Positions 17,901 through 26,859 of a stretch of DNA of 26,859 nucleotides are shown in pieces; position 1 is the stretch's first letter, and each line of letters begins with the position of its first letter. The stretch spans positions 1 through 26,859 of IMG/VR virus record IMGVR_UViG_3300017713_000067; one strand, written 5' to 3'. The notes under the pieces are model-generated. The model worked only from the letters and a program-made list of their open reading frames with translations. It was not told the origin of the DNA and ran no database searches. This DNA comes from a virus. Taxonomy: Duplodnaviria; Caudoviricetes. Made by a program: the position numbers and the translations under genes.

Positions 17901-20279
17901 CAAGATCAACAGAGTGGACAAACCTATGATAGCTCTCAACGTGGAGGTTGTTTTAACAGTGGTGGTGTTGGTTATTTTGAATTAGGATATTCTAATTTTA
18001 ATCATAGTGGCGGTGTGTCAAGTCAGGGTAGTAAGTTTACAGTACCTTACGATAGACTTAAAAATGTTGGTGGATTAATAAGATGGTCACAAGACCCAAC
18101 TCAAACTATATACACAATAGATGGTATACGTGGTAAAATTGCTTCAACTATAGGTGCTGGAATGAATTTGTTTGGCGGTGAAAGTGGTAGTAGTAGTAAG
18201 CCTTTAGTTGGTGGTGCTGGTGATACAAAGTGGAATTATAGTAACGCTACTACTGACGATGATAATCAAAAAGTTGCTTACAGAATACGTTTAGGCTCTT
18301 TCAACGGTGGTCCAAACACATGGTTTCACGGTGGACTTGATGTTTCTACAGGTCCTAACGCGCCAACAAATCATAATTGGTGTCCGCTAGCATCTGATCA
18401 GTCAACATTTAATAATATGAACGCTGCTAACGAACTTTACACAGCTACAACTTATGGTACTGGTTGTAATCACTTTGGCGGTTATACGGGTAGGTTTTTA
18501 GATGGCTGGACTGACAATTCTAAGTGTATAAGTACTATAGAGTTTTTAGAGCCATTTATAGTAACAGACACAGAGGGTGGTCAAACTTTTAGTAGTGACA
18601 ATCCAGCAATATGGGAAACAGAACCTAAAGAAGATGTGGGTCTAGACATATATTACGAGGCTTCGGGATGTATACCTATAAACTTTTCACATGTTACAAA
18701 TGAAGAGTTAATACCTATTGGTAGTACGTTTAGTTTTCCTGGTCACTCAGCAGTTCACACGATTTCAGCTTTAAACGATGACGTCATAACATTTACACCT
18801 TTAGCCAACATAGCGGCTGCTGACGAGTCTTCTATAGTTATAACTAGATATGATAACTCCAAGATAACAGGTGTTATAAATAAAAGTGGTGGTGTTTCTA
18901 TTGGTGATCAGATAACAGGTATATATATGGGTAGATTTCCAAAAAAACACAACAACACTTCAAAGCCACAGTATGCCACACACCACCAACAGTTTTCTCT
19001 AGGGTGGTTTAACTGCTGGGCCTGGGGTAATGGTATAGAGTCTGATAGAATAAGAGATGATTTTAATGCAGCTCAAATAGATAACGGTGTAAAGGCTTCT
19101 ACAACAATAGCTGAACCTTATGAAACAGAAAGAAGAGGTAGTGGTTTTATATGGTCTGGAATATACAACTCTACTAGTGGTGTTAATAGACTAAACCAAT
19201 TTATACAAGCTGAACCGATAACTAAAGATTTAAACCCAGATCACGGTACTATACAAAAGCTTTTTACAAGAAACACAGATACACTTTGCTTCTGTGAAGA
19301 TAAAGTGCTAACTATATCTACAAACAAAGACGCGTTATTCAATGCTGACGGCTCTTCTAATGTTTCGGCTAGCAACAACGTTTTAGGTCAAGCTATACCA
19401 ATAAATGGAGAGTTTGGAATATCTACAAACCCAATGAGTTTTGCAGCAACGCCAAGCGGAGCTTATTGGTGTGATCAAATGAGAGGCCAGGTATTAGCGT
19501 TAAACGGTAAGAGTGTTATGTCTATATCTGACATTGGCATGAAAGATTACTTTAACGACGAGTTGAGGGGAAGTGCAAATTGGTTTATTGTTGGAACTTA
19601 TGATGGTAAGAAAAATGAATATAACTTAACGTTTGGTAAAAAATATAACAAAACACAGTTTACTCCTACCTCACAAACAGTTAGTTACAGTGAAATGGTT
19701 AAGGGTTGGTCTAGTTTTAAGAGCTTTAAACCGGAGGTTGGTATAAGCTTAAATAACGAGTACTACACTTGGTATGAAGGGGAGATGCATCAACACCACA
19801 TGGAAAACGATCTACTTGGAAACGCTCACCCTAGAAATAACTTTTACGGTCTTCAGTACTACTCTGATTTTACCGTGATATTTAATGATCAACCAGGTTC
19901 TGTTAAAAGTTTTAACACTATTAACTATGAAGGTACCCAGGCTCGTATAACACCTTTTGTAACCGCTAACGTCACTGACGCTGCTGGTAACAATTTTACT
20001 ATAGGTGATAGGGAGTATTATAATTTAAACGTTAAACAAGGTTGGTATGTTGATAGTATGATAACAAACCTACAAACTACAGATGATTTAGAGTTTAAAA
20101 ATAAAGAAGGCAAGTGGTTTAGTACTATAAAAGGAGAAGCCACTACATTAAGTAACTTAGACGAAACAGAGTTTAATACACAAGGTATAGGTATAGCTAA
20201 TATAGTGACATCTGGAGTTAGAAACTCAACTAAAAGAGAATTTACAATAAGAGACTACAGTGGCGGTGGTTGGGATTAA
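14904..20279 (+). CDS. tail stabilisation/nozzle (P22 gp10-like or crAss muzzle-like) protein
   Basis: 1791 aa; begins with MNKDSDERIVPPGQYRDANNI; contains LFWTDNLNEPRKIN, FGISTNPMSFA, GWSSFKSF and KEGKWF beta-propeller-type segments. Confidence 0.72.
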   Translation: MAEIKRTFSQKGFMNKDSDERIVPPGQYRDANNIQVSTSDGSNVGTAQSLLGNIDVSGDVVPDNYSKCVGAIAKPESDLIYYFVFSGGNNYGNVNLTPNIMKDYIIEYNTNSKSSKYVFVDIHSVVGSVVENSPAPYNHFIIDELSNANINVTGVRIGMTVFGTFTNSTGGNIAHPITGAAVANGATYSISTFDGVTVTDIKQEGGAPAGWEIWTSLGSGLPATTGDLIRFVAPKVLKFGPNNFIPAINVLDDMLFWTDNLNEPRKINITRSLHGTGGIAYLHNGGVAGFSAGAPTDSTMSNIANNNDHFHTRLVTKENFQYKVCTNPAGNKARYIEEADITVIKRNPTMPLELEMSTTEISRESSGTANPIFANLSGVPFHDGTDPYTVGQTLTVTFDSVVDFREGDVLIFVQNDPDNDPSNFPTEDALVRALVTSGNTGGPANGGITGPYTIEMQAVDQTLGNTDINWYCRLEQAKPLFEYKFPRFSYRWKYVDGEYSTFAPWSEIAFLPGDFDYLPKKGFNLGMTNNVRSLKLKRYFQEFSNVPGDVVAVELLYKETNKAVCYTVKEIKKSDGAPLWPDMAANWNNRGEYTISSELIHAAVPANQLLRPWDNVPRIARAQEITANRVVYGNYVQNYDIDEAIEIDVDYVSTDIDNSGNVDGIETPTLSCKTLRNYQVGVVFSDFYGRETPVQVPKKGGSVAIPKGACITSNQLRARLISDPPSWAEKMKWYIKETSNEYYNVAMDRFYDAEDGNVWISFPSAERNKIAIDTYLILKKQHDNQTAVLDRARYKCIAVENEPPTFIKKNRKSYGMAQVDFTTAGKPEIDKTFIIVRRSDFEANFSNAVDKDDLELRIGGVDGGTVFTSNFYDVAGIALGGGTWAKITIKGKFENDVAFAAGMDPSNEIKLEIVENQIKHKPEFDGRFFVKIYKDLVLENELLTAFNDTLIYAVVDTMQVGYRNDHGGSNESTWTSWRNNHTGDQYSTNNRWYYDCEGSQDQQSGQTYDSSQRGGCFNSGGVGYFELGYSNFNHSGGVSSQGSKFTVPYDRLKNVGGLIRWSQDPTQTIYTIDGIRGKIASTIGAGMNLFGGESGSSSKPLVGGAGDTKWNYSNATTDDDNQKVAYRIRLGSFNGGPNTWFHGGLDVSTGPNAPTNHNWCPLASDQSTFNNMNAANELYTATTYGTGCNHFGGYTGRFLDGWTDNSKCISTIEFLEPFIVTDTEGGQTFSSDNPAIWETEPKEDVGLDIYYEASGCIPINFSHVTNEELIPIGSTFSFPGHSAVHTISALNDDVITFTPLANIAAADESSIVITRYDNSKITGVINKSGGVSIGDQITGIYMGRFPKKHNNTSKPQYATHHQQFSLGWFNCWAWGNGIESDRIRDDFNAAQIDNGVKASTTIAEPYETERRGSGFIWSGIYNSTSGVNRLNQFIQAEPITKDLNPDHGTIQKLFTRNTDTLCFCEDKVLTISTNKDALFNADGSSNVSASNNVLGQAIPINGEFGISTNPMSFAATPSGAYWCDQMRGQVLALNGKSVMSISDIGMKDYFNDELRGSANWFIVGTYDGKKNEYNLTFGKKYNKTQFTPTSQTVSYSEMVKGWSSFKSFKPEVGISLNNEYYTWYEGEMHQHHMENDLLGNAHPRNNFYGLQYYSDFTVIFNDQPGSVKSFNTINYEGTQARITPFVTANVTDAAGNNFTIGDREYYNLNVKQGWYVDSMITNLQTTDDLEFKNKEGKWFSTIKGEATTLSNLDETEFNTQGIGIANIVTSGVRNSTKREFTIRDYSGGGWD

Positions 20280-20294
20280 TAAAAACAATATAAT

Positions 20295-22346
20295 ATGGCA
20301 GACTTTATAGTACAGCAGGCTACCTCAACTCACGTCGAGGCGTCTGCTATACCAGCAGATTTTAAAGATTTAACAATAACAAACGTGGCTAATAGCGTTA
20401 ACGGTGTTTTAGAGTATTCTGGTTTTGACTTAGAGGCTTCTAATTTTACTGTTGGTGGAGACGTTACTATATCAAACCCAGGTGGTTTAAGAACTATAGT
20501 TGAAGGTAGTGGTGAGGGTGACAGTTGGAACGCTAGCTCTGGTATACTAAAGGTAGAGCTAAGTGACAATGGAACCCCTGGTGATCCTTCTAACACTATA
20601 AATGCTAGAGTTCACCACACTTCTTTTACTATGCCAACTGCCGATGTTATACTTAACGTAGATTTTGATGCTGTAGCAACACCTGGTCACGGCCCAGGTA
20701 AAAGACCGGTTCATGTTATAACGCAAACAGCAGTTAGTGGTTCGGATCACGTTACAGTGGCAACACATGATATTGCTGGTATAACAGAAACATCAAAACC
20801 ACACTTAGCAGATGCTGGTCATCAGGTTATTAGTCATTCTGGTTTTGTAGATGATAACGTGTCTACTCATATTAGCACAACAACAATAACAGCTGATTCA
20901 GGTTATTATTTAGTTAACAAAACTAGAGATGGTAAGGCTGCTAATGCTTTTTATAGAATCAGAAGTATTGGTGGTAAAGAAGATGCTGCTAGAGGTGGTT
21001 ATATAAATCTACCTTGGAGAGATTACTGGAGCATACAAGTTTATGACACTAAAAATGCAGAGGGACAAACAACAGTAACTGAGGTAAAAACTTTCTATAC
21101 ACCTCCACAGGAAGAAGCTTTAAATCCAGATCCTTATCCACCAACAAATGATTTTTGTGACTGGGGTCAAGAAGTGTATATAGATTATGAGGTTGCTACT
21201 ATAGCTGGTAGTAAGACTAATGCGAATATTACAGCTGCAGCTACATCTGTCTCGATATCACAAGCGGAAGAACAGGGTTCTGTAGCTTTTGAGCAGGTTA
21301 TAGCCATTAATGCTAATAAACCTGGAAGAGTTCGTTTAATAGTTGTTGAGGTAGACGCTAGTAATGCTATACAAAAGTATTATAACTTCACGACAGTTAA
21401 TAATGACAGCGCTGATACTATTGGTGCTTTTCAAGTTGGAACAGCTGCTAAGGATATAGTCTTTACAGCAGCGACAGGTAACAGAATATTAGAGACTGTT
21501 CGTATACCAGAAACTACTACCGATAAAATATACTCTGTTTACTTAAATGAACTAACGTCTGGTGGCGCGCCTTATTTAGATGTGCCGACTGGTCAATCTA
21601 ATATTCCAGACGCTCACGGTGAAATGATATTCCATCATAGAGCAGCTGTCGCGGCAAACAAGGTTACTATAGACTCTCGTAACGTTACTAACGCAACTTA
21701 TGGTGGTAGCGCTGTTAGTTTTCCACCTGGAAGACAGTTGACGGGTCCTTTACCGACAGCAAGTAGAGCTCAAAGAACAGCAACGTTTACACACACCGCT
21801 AGTGGTGGTAAGACTTTAAGTTTGACAAGACAACCTTACACTAACAATAAACAATCAACCGCACTCGGCTTAACTAATAGAGATTTTAGAGGTTGGAATC
21901 AACTTGCAACTCTATCGACAGCTGCAAACGCACTTGCAACCAGCATAGTACTAGCGGCTACAGACAACGCTATAGGTTTAAAGGTTGGTATGAAGGTATC
22001 TGACACACATTTCCCTGGAACATTGAGGAAAGATGGAACATCTGGAACACCAACTACAGCTGCTGGACAGGCTATCCCTGGTATTAGGGTCGCTAACAAC
22101 ACAAAAATAACAGCTATAAACGGTAGAACATTAACTATATCACCAGGTCTTGTGGCTAGCATACCAGTTGGTGACAAGCTTCAGTTTGATACCGACTATG
22201 CTTACACTGTTGACGAGGCTGTAGCTACTATAAATGGATCAAACACTGTTGTTACTACTGTGTGTAAGATAACAATAGATGCGTACGGAGAAAACACGCC
22301 AGACGGAAATATAACACTTCAACCTAACTATATAACATCAACTTAA
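20295..22346 (+). CDS. putative tail-associated structural protein
   Basis: 683 aa, Thr/Ala/Gly/Val-rich and beta-like; follows the nozzle-like gene. Confidence 0.55.
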   Translation: MADFIVQQATSTHVEASAIPADFKDLTITNVANSVNGVLEYSGFDLEASNFTVGGDVTISNPGGLRTIVEGSGEGDSWNASSGILKVELSDNGTPGDPSNTINARVHHTSFTMPTADVILNVDFDAVATPGHGPGKRPVHVITQTAVSGSDHVTVATHDIAGITETSKPHLADAGHQVISHSGFVDDNVSTHISTTTITADSGYYLVNKTRDGKAANAFYRIRSIGGKEDAARGGYINLPWRDYWSIQVYDTKNAEGQTTVTEVKTFYTPPQEEALNPDPYPPTNDFCDWGQEVYIDYEVATIAGSKTNANITAAATSVSISQAEEQGSVAFEQVIAINANKPGRVRLIVVEVDASNAIQKYYNFTTVNNDSADTIGAFQVGTAAKDIVFTAATGNRILETVRIPETTTDKIYSVYLNELTSGGAPYLDVPTGQSNIPDAHGEMIFHHRAAVAANKVTIDSRNVTNATYGGSAVSFPPGRQLTGPLPTASRAQRTATFTHTASGGKTLSLTRQPYTNNKQSTALGLTNRDFRGWNQLATLSTAANALATSIVLAATDNAIGLKVGMKVSDTHFPGTLRKDGTSGTPTTAAGQAIPGIRVANNTKITAINGRTLTISPGLVASIPVGDKLQFDTDYAYTVDEAVATINGSNTVVTTVCKITIDAYGENTPDGNITLQPNYITST

Positions 22347-22347
22347 T

Positions 22348-22710
22348 ATGGCAGCATCAGTAATGACATTTTCTAACCCACTAAACGTTTCTGTTCAAAT
22401 AGGAGACACCGCTTACTACGTTCCAACAACTTCTAGTGGTAATTTTACAGTAAACAGTAGTGCGGTTGTTGAAATAGGTATAATTTCAGCCATAGATATA
22501 AGTAACATAAATGCACCGATAATAACAGTTGGTAACTCTCAAATTGCGAACGGTACTATTAATAATGGTTTTATATTATTTAGTAAAGATAATAAAGCTA
22601 ATCTAAGTTCTTTGTTAGGTTATTACTGTGAAACAAAGGTTAAAAGTAATTCAACTGTTGAGGAAGAGTTGTTTTCAATAGCTGTAGATACGTTTGAAAG
22701 TAGTAAATAA
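22348..22710 (+). CDS. small structural protein
   Basis: 120 aa; NVSVQIGDTAYY...FILFSKDNKANLSSLLGYY...ELFSI. Confidence 0.6.
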   Translation: MAASVMTFSNPLNVSVQIGDTAYYVPTTSSGNFTVNSSAVVEIGIISAIDISNINAPIITVGNSQIANGTINNGFILFSKDNKANLSSLLGYYCETKVKSNSTVEEELFSIAVDTFESSK

Positions 22711-22720
22711 CGATAAAAAA

Positions 22721-22740
22721 GTGTGATTATTTAGTTATAA
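22721..22740 (+). promoter_or_regulatory. second copy of promoter-like box
   Basis: GTGTGATTATTTAGTTATAA, intergenic, 16/20 identical to 3499-3518; both copies are followed by TTAAATTAAATAT. Confidence 0.5.
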
Positions 22741-22751
22741 TTAAATTAAAT

Positions 22752-23204
22752 ATGAATAAAGATATAAAGTTATCTTCAAGAAAGAAAATCTTAGATTTTC
22801 AATCGATGTTAATCAGTGATGCTGATGAGGTTAACATTGTTACTCATCAAGACTCAAAGATATTTCCATTAAAGCATACGTTTGCAGATGGGATATATGT
22901 TAGACAAATGTCTATGAACCCAGGATCTGTAGTTGTTGGAGCAATACACAAACACTTACATGTTTGGTTTTTGTTAACCGGGCATATTTCAGTTGTCACA
23001 GAAGAGGTTACAGAAGATTATATATCACCATGCTACGTTGTTGCAACACCAGGAACTAAAAGAGTTATATACGCGCATGAAGAAAGTATATTTGTAAATA
23101 TACATAAAAACCCTACTAATTCTCAAGATATAGAATGGTTAGAAAAAGAAATAGTAGCTAAAGATTTTAAAGAATATGAAGAATACATTAATCAAAACAA
23201 ATAA
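22752..23204 (+). CDS. cupin-fold protein
   Basis: HTFADGIYVRQMSMNPGSVVVGAIHKHLHVWFLLTGHISV (cupin motif 1) and PCYVVATPGTKRVIYAHEESIFVNIH (motif 2). Confidence 0.72.
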   Translation: MNKDIKLSSRKKILDFQSMLISDADEVNIVTHQDSKIFPLKHTFADGIYVRQMSMNPGSVVVGAIHKHLHVWFLLTGHISVVTEEVTEDYISPCYVVATPGTKRVIYAHEESIFVNIHKNPTNSQDIEWLEKEIVAKDFKEYEEYINQNK

Positions 23205-23207
23205 GAT

Positions 23208-23903
23208 ATGAGTTTTTTACTAGTAGGTGCCGCGGCTGTCGGTGTTGGCGCTGGTGTAGCTAAAGCTATATCTGGTGGTAAAGCCAAGAAAGCTGCAAGA
23301 AAAGAAGCTGCCGCCGCAAAGGCAAGGCTAAACGCTCAAAAAGAAAAATTTAAGCAGTTGGACACGTCTAACCCATATAAAGATCTTCAAAATACTATGG
23401 AGGATCTAACCGTAAACACTCAGGAAGCTGAGTTCGCGGCACAACAACAACAACAAAACCAAGCAAACATATTGCAAAACATGAAAGGGTCTGCTGGTAG
23501 TTCTGGTATTGCTGGTTTAGCGCAGGCTATGGCTAACCAAGGTTCTATGGATGCTCAGAAGTCTGCAATATCAATAGGTAAGCAAGAGTCTCAAAACCAA
23601 ATGCAAGAGAGAAGTATGGCTAGTCAAATACAAAACCAAAAAGCTCAAGGTGATATAATGTCTCGTGACATGGAAAGAAACAAAATATCAACACTAATGG
23701 GTATGGAAGCTGGAGATGTTAGTGCTGCTAACGCAAAGGTAGCTGCTGCTGATCAGAAAATGTGGTCGGGTATAACTGGGGCTGCCGGAGCTGTTACGGG
23801 TGCTTTGACTGGTGGAATGGGTGGTGCAGCTGGCGGGGCTGGTGGAATGCCTCAGATGGATTTCCAAAATCCTTTCTGGAAACAACAACCAGCAACATCA
23901 TAA
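23208..23903 (+). CDS. putative internal virion / DNA pilot (ejection) protein
   Basis: Hydrophobic Gly/Ala N-terminus, Gln/Ala-rich coiled coil, Gly-rich hydrophobic C-terminus; position and composition like P22 gp7. Confidence 0.6.
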   Translation: MSFLLVGAAAVGVGAGVAKAISGGKAKKAARKEAAAAKARLNAQKEKFKQLDTSNPYKDLQNTMEDLTVNTQEAEFAAQQQQQNQANILQNMKGSAGSSGIAGLAQAMANQGSMDAQKSAISIGKQESQNQMQERSMASQIQNQKAQGDIMSRDMERNKISTLMGMEAGDVSAANAKVAAADQKMWSGITGAAGAVTGALTGGMGGAAGGAGGMPQMDFQNPFWKQQPATS

Positions 23904-23916
23904 TAAAATATAAGAT

Positions 23917-25179
23917 ATGAAAAAGAAAACACCTTTAAAACAAATGGATTCTGGTTTAGTAAACGCTTATAAAGAAGCTATGATGTCTGAAGTTCCACGT
24001 GGAGATGCTATGGGTAAAGGAATGGATGCCATAATGGATATGGCTAGTGGAGTTGTAGACAAAGCTTGGCAAGATAAGAACGCTGCTAGGGACAAAGAAA
24101 AAGAAAGAGTAAGACTAGCCAAGGAAAAAGGAGATAAAGTTGCTCAAGCTACTTTAGATATGGGAGGTTCTTTGGGTAAAAGTACTTTTGATAGTTGTTA
24201 CCCAGCTGTAGAGTCTATTCAAGCTGAGTACGATGAAGCGGTTAAAAACAACGATAAAAAAGCTATGGCTATGGCTATGCAGAAACTAAACGAGTTTAGC
24301 GCTACAACAGGTAGTTTAAAAGAGCTTAACAGTGATGTCGCTTTAGCTAAAAAAGAAAACGATTTATCAGCTAATTGCAAGCCAGGTGGAAGAGAAGATA
24401 CTATACTCACGAGTTTTTTAGATGATTCTACGAAAAAAAGAGTTAGTGCCAACGATGATGGAATGCAGATGTTTGAGTATGAAGTCGAGATTGATGGTAA
24501 GAAAGAGTGGGTTACACACGACGATGTTAGCAACATACTTGAGAAAAATAGAACTGACCACGAATCTATAGCTGATGTTAGGGATTTAATAATACAAGCT
24601 GGAGATGCTGCTGATGATGAGAATAGAGCTGGAAAAGAGTTCAATGATTATGACGAGGTTAGGACTACCTCTAAGATGAATACTATAATAAAAAAGGGCA
24701 AACTAAACTCTTTGTTGTATGATGATGTTTTAGAAAATGGAGAGCCTTTTGTTGATGCTATATATGAAAATCCAGAGATAAAAGGTATGACTTACGAGTC
24801 TCTTGGATTAACGCAAAAAGATATTGCTGCTAAGGTTGATACTAATAACGATGGTGTGATACAGGAAAATGAAGCTCAAACATTGCTAGAGCTTGGTCAT
24901 AAGGATATGATTGTTGACGCTTTAATTAACTCTGACAACCCTAACTTTGATGAAGAAAGAACTAGAGGCGTTATGGCTAACTACTTTAGCACGGCTGTAA
25001 AGCAACAATATGGAAAAAATAAAAACAAAGGTAAACAAACAACACAGGTAGATAATGCGGCTGATGGAACTATGTATCAAAAAAATAGTGATGGATCTAT
25101 GTCACCGATGAGCCCAGCAAGCGATCAATTTAAAAACATGACAACAGAAGAGTTGTTAGCTATGTATCCAACAAACTAA
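23917..25179 (+). CDS. putative internal virion (ejection) protein with EF-hand-like loop
   Basis: 420 aa, helical; lies between the pilot-like gene and a very large gene; starts MKKKTPLKQ; contains DTNNDGVIQENE. Confidence 0.55.
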   Translation: MKKKTPLKQMDSGLVNAYKEAMMSEVPRGDAMGKGMDAIMDMASGVVDKAWQDKNAARDKEKERVRLAKEKGDKVAQATLDMGGSLGKSTFDSCYPAVESIQAEYDEAVKNNDKKAMAMAMQKLNEFSATTGSLKELNSDVALAKKENDLSANCKPGGREDTILTSFLDDSTKKRVSANDDGMQMFEYEVEIDGKKEWVTHDDVSNILEKNRTDHESIADVRDLIIQAGDAADDENRAGKEFNDYDEVRTTSKMNTIIKKGKLNSLLYDDVLENGEPFVDAIYENPEIKGMTYESLGLTQKDIAAKVDTNNDGVIQENEAQTLLELGHKDMIVDALINSDNPNFDEERTRGVMANYFSTAVKQQYGKNKNKGKQTTQVDNAADGTMYQKNSDGSMSPMSPASDQFKNMTTEELLAMYPTN

Positions 25180-25186
25180 ATTAAAT

Positions 25187-26859
25187 ATGACTAGAGAACA
25201 ATTAGGAGAGGTACTTCAAAAGATGGCTGCTGATGGACAGCCAAAAGAAAACATGGATAAAGTCGCTGCTCATTACCAGGGCGTTATAGCGAAGTCAAAA
25301 GAAGCAGAAGAAAACCCTCACAAAAACTCAGATGGCACTTGGAAAACAGTTGCCCAAATAGAAGAGGAACAGTTTGGAACAAAAAAAGAAAAAGGCTCTC
25401 AGACGACCGATGCGACTGTAGAGCCTCAAATAGTATCCGAAGGTACGGAATCACCATCGGAAGATGGTTCATCGGAATCACAACCTCAAGGTTATCAGCC
25501 TAATACCCCAATAACAGATGGTGGTTACGAATATAAGTTTGATGTAAACAAAGATGGCTTAGGTGTTTACTATACTAGAAAGGTAGGTGAAAATGACTGG
25601 ATAAACGTTTCTGAAACTCAACCTGGTAGTGCGGCTGAAGTTTCTATAGCTAGTGAGTTTGGGCACGCTGATTTTGATAAGTCCGCATACTTCAAACAAA
25701 AGAAAGAAATAGAAAAGCAAAAAGAAGAGGAGGAAAGAAGAACATCAAACCCTACGTCATTCGCTGATATAGGTATGACTAAAGATTTAGATGGTAGTTT
25801 ACTACAGGGAGATTTTAGGTACGTTTTTGATAAGAATGATCAGAAATGGTACAAACAACCTAAGCATGGTATACCTGTAATGGCTGTTAATCAAAAAGGA
25901 GATGAAGTGTCTGAAGAGCTAGTAAGCCAAATAAACTCTTTACATAATGATGGTCAAGCTTCTTCTATAGGTATTAAAAAAGAGGGTGATATGTCTAGCT
26001 ACCTGTATGCGCCGATACCTCCAATGCCTCTCGATATAGACTTAAACGTTACTTCTAAAAACGATTGGGAAGGAGCATTACACACCCAAATGAGTGGTGA
26101 TGATGCTAACAGGGAATCTATTAGAATAAAATCGTTAGGTTATGATGATGAGTTTGATATAAGAAACACCAAGACTTGGGTTAACATGGAAGAAAGCGCT
26201 TTTGAATCTGCTATTGAAAATGCTTACCCAGGTATTTCTGTAGAACAAACTGGAGCGGGAAACGCTGCTTATATATCGGTTCCTTGGAGTGATAAAAAAA
26301 TATACGTAGATTTAAAACCAGAAGATGGTTTGTTTGGTAGTTCTAATGATGAGGTAGACAAGGTGTTAAGAAATTTTAAAAGAAGATACTTAGAAGAAGT
26401 AGAGTCTGGTAAGATAAATAACTCTTTGTCACAATTACTAAACACTAGAGGCACGGGTGATACATTTGTTGAGAGCGATGTTGTTAAGTTTAATGATATG
26501 GCTAAAGAAATAGATGGTTTAAACTTAAGCGTAACAGAAAAGTTTCAGTACGATGGCGCTGGTGATATGATTGCTGGTTATGAGGTTTTTGCTGGAGGTG
26601 AGACAAAATGGTTTGAAACAGCACCTGAGGTAAACAATTTTATATACGAAAACATGTCTAGCGAAGACGTAGCAGCTATACATGCTCACGAGCTGAAATT
26701 AAAAACAAGCTTAATAAAAGAAAGAGAAACTTATGTAGATGATAAGTACGAAAGCCTTGAAAGAGAAGAAGTTTTAGAGACGTTTTACAAAGACTCATTA
26801 CTACCAACCATGATGTTTGACCTTGGAGAAAGTGGCAACCACAGCGGTATGTCTCAAGA
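25187..26859 (+). CDS. large putative internal virion protein, 5' part (truncated by window end)
   Basis: Absent from the ORF track because no stop is reached. ATG at 25187 follows TAAATTAAAT and reads MTREQLGEVLQKMAADGQPKENMDKVAAHY...GTESPSEDGSSESQ...; the frame appears open to the window end (about 557 codons). Confidence 0.7.
   Translation, partial: MTREQLGEVLQKMAADGQPKENMDKVAAHYQGVIAKSKEAEENPHKNSDGTWKTVAQIEEEQFGTKKEKGSQTTDATVEPQIVSEGTESPSEDGSSESQPQGYQPNTPITDGGYEYKFDVNKDGLGVYYTRKVGENDWINVSETQPGSAAEVSIASEFGHADFDKSAYFKQKKEIEKQKEEEERRTSNPTSFADIGMTKDLDGSLLQGDFRYVFDKNDQKWYKQPKHGIPVMAVNQKGDEVSEELVSQINSLHNDGQASSIGIKKEGDMSSYLYAPIPPMPLDIDLNVTSKNDWEGALHTQMSGDDANRESIRIKSLGYDDEFDIRNTKTWVNMEESAFESAIENAYPGISVEQTGAGNAAYISVPWSDKKIYVDLKPEDGLFGSSNDEVDKVLRNFKRRYLEEVESGKINNSLSQLLNTRGTGDTFVESDVVKFNDMAKEIDGLNLSVTEKFQYDGAGDMIAGYEVFAGGETKWFETAPEVNNFIYENMSSEDVAAIHAHELKLKTSLIKERETYVDDKYESLEREEVLETFYKDSLLPTMMFDLGESGNHSGMSQ

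Noticed and set aside
17758-17985. Alternate-frame + strand ORFs here and at 4864-5091
   Set aside because: Nested within well-supported genes, with no independent leader or motif.
3404-26454. Numerous minus-strand ORFs of 60-140 aa
   Set aside because: All are antisense shadows of + strand genes with Ser/Phe/Leu-biased composition and no recognisable motifs.
1-26859. Stop-codon reassignment as in some crAss-like phages
   Set aside because: Genes are intact under code 11, and TAA, TAG (131, 3836, 14900) and TGA (4831, 5051) all act as stops at sensible boundaries.

Overview
A 26.9 kb, AT-rich window from the structural region of a tailed dsDNA phage, with all genes on the + strand. It looks like a podovirus-type phage of a Bacteroidota (probably marine Flavobacteriia) host, with architecture resembling Cellulophaga podoviruses and crAss-like phages. 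Gene order: truncated metallopeptidase-like gene, two small basic ORFs, holin-like gene, small tail/fibre genes with a LamG lectin, tandem GroES-like co-chaperonin, TerS, TerL, portal, scaffold, major capsid protein, head-tail/ring proteins, a 1791-aa tail stabilisation/nozzle-like protein, a cupin, and three putative internal (ejection) proteins, the last truncated. The main unexplained pattern is a conserved N-terminal peptide (M-x-[YF]-K-x-x-G...[ST]-P-[LF]-x-[QK]) on otherwise unrelated small proteins and, in shortened form, on a putative ejection protein; this suggests a capsid-targeting or processing tag. Also notable are a repeated palindromic promoter-like box, a two-domain GroES, a small beta-module grafted into several virion proteins, and an EF-hand loop in a putative ejection protein. 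All functional calls come from motif recognition and synteny; no database search was run.
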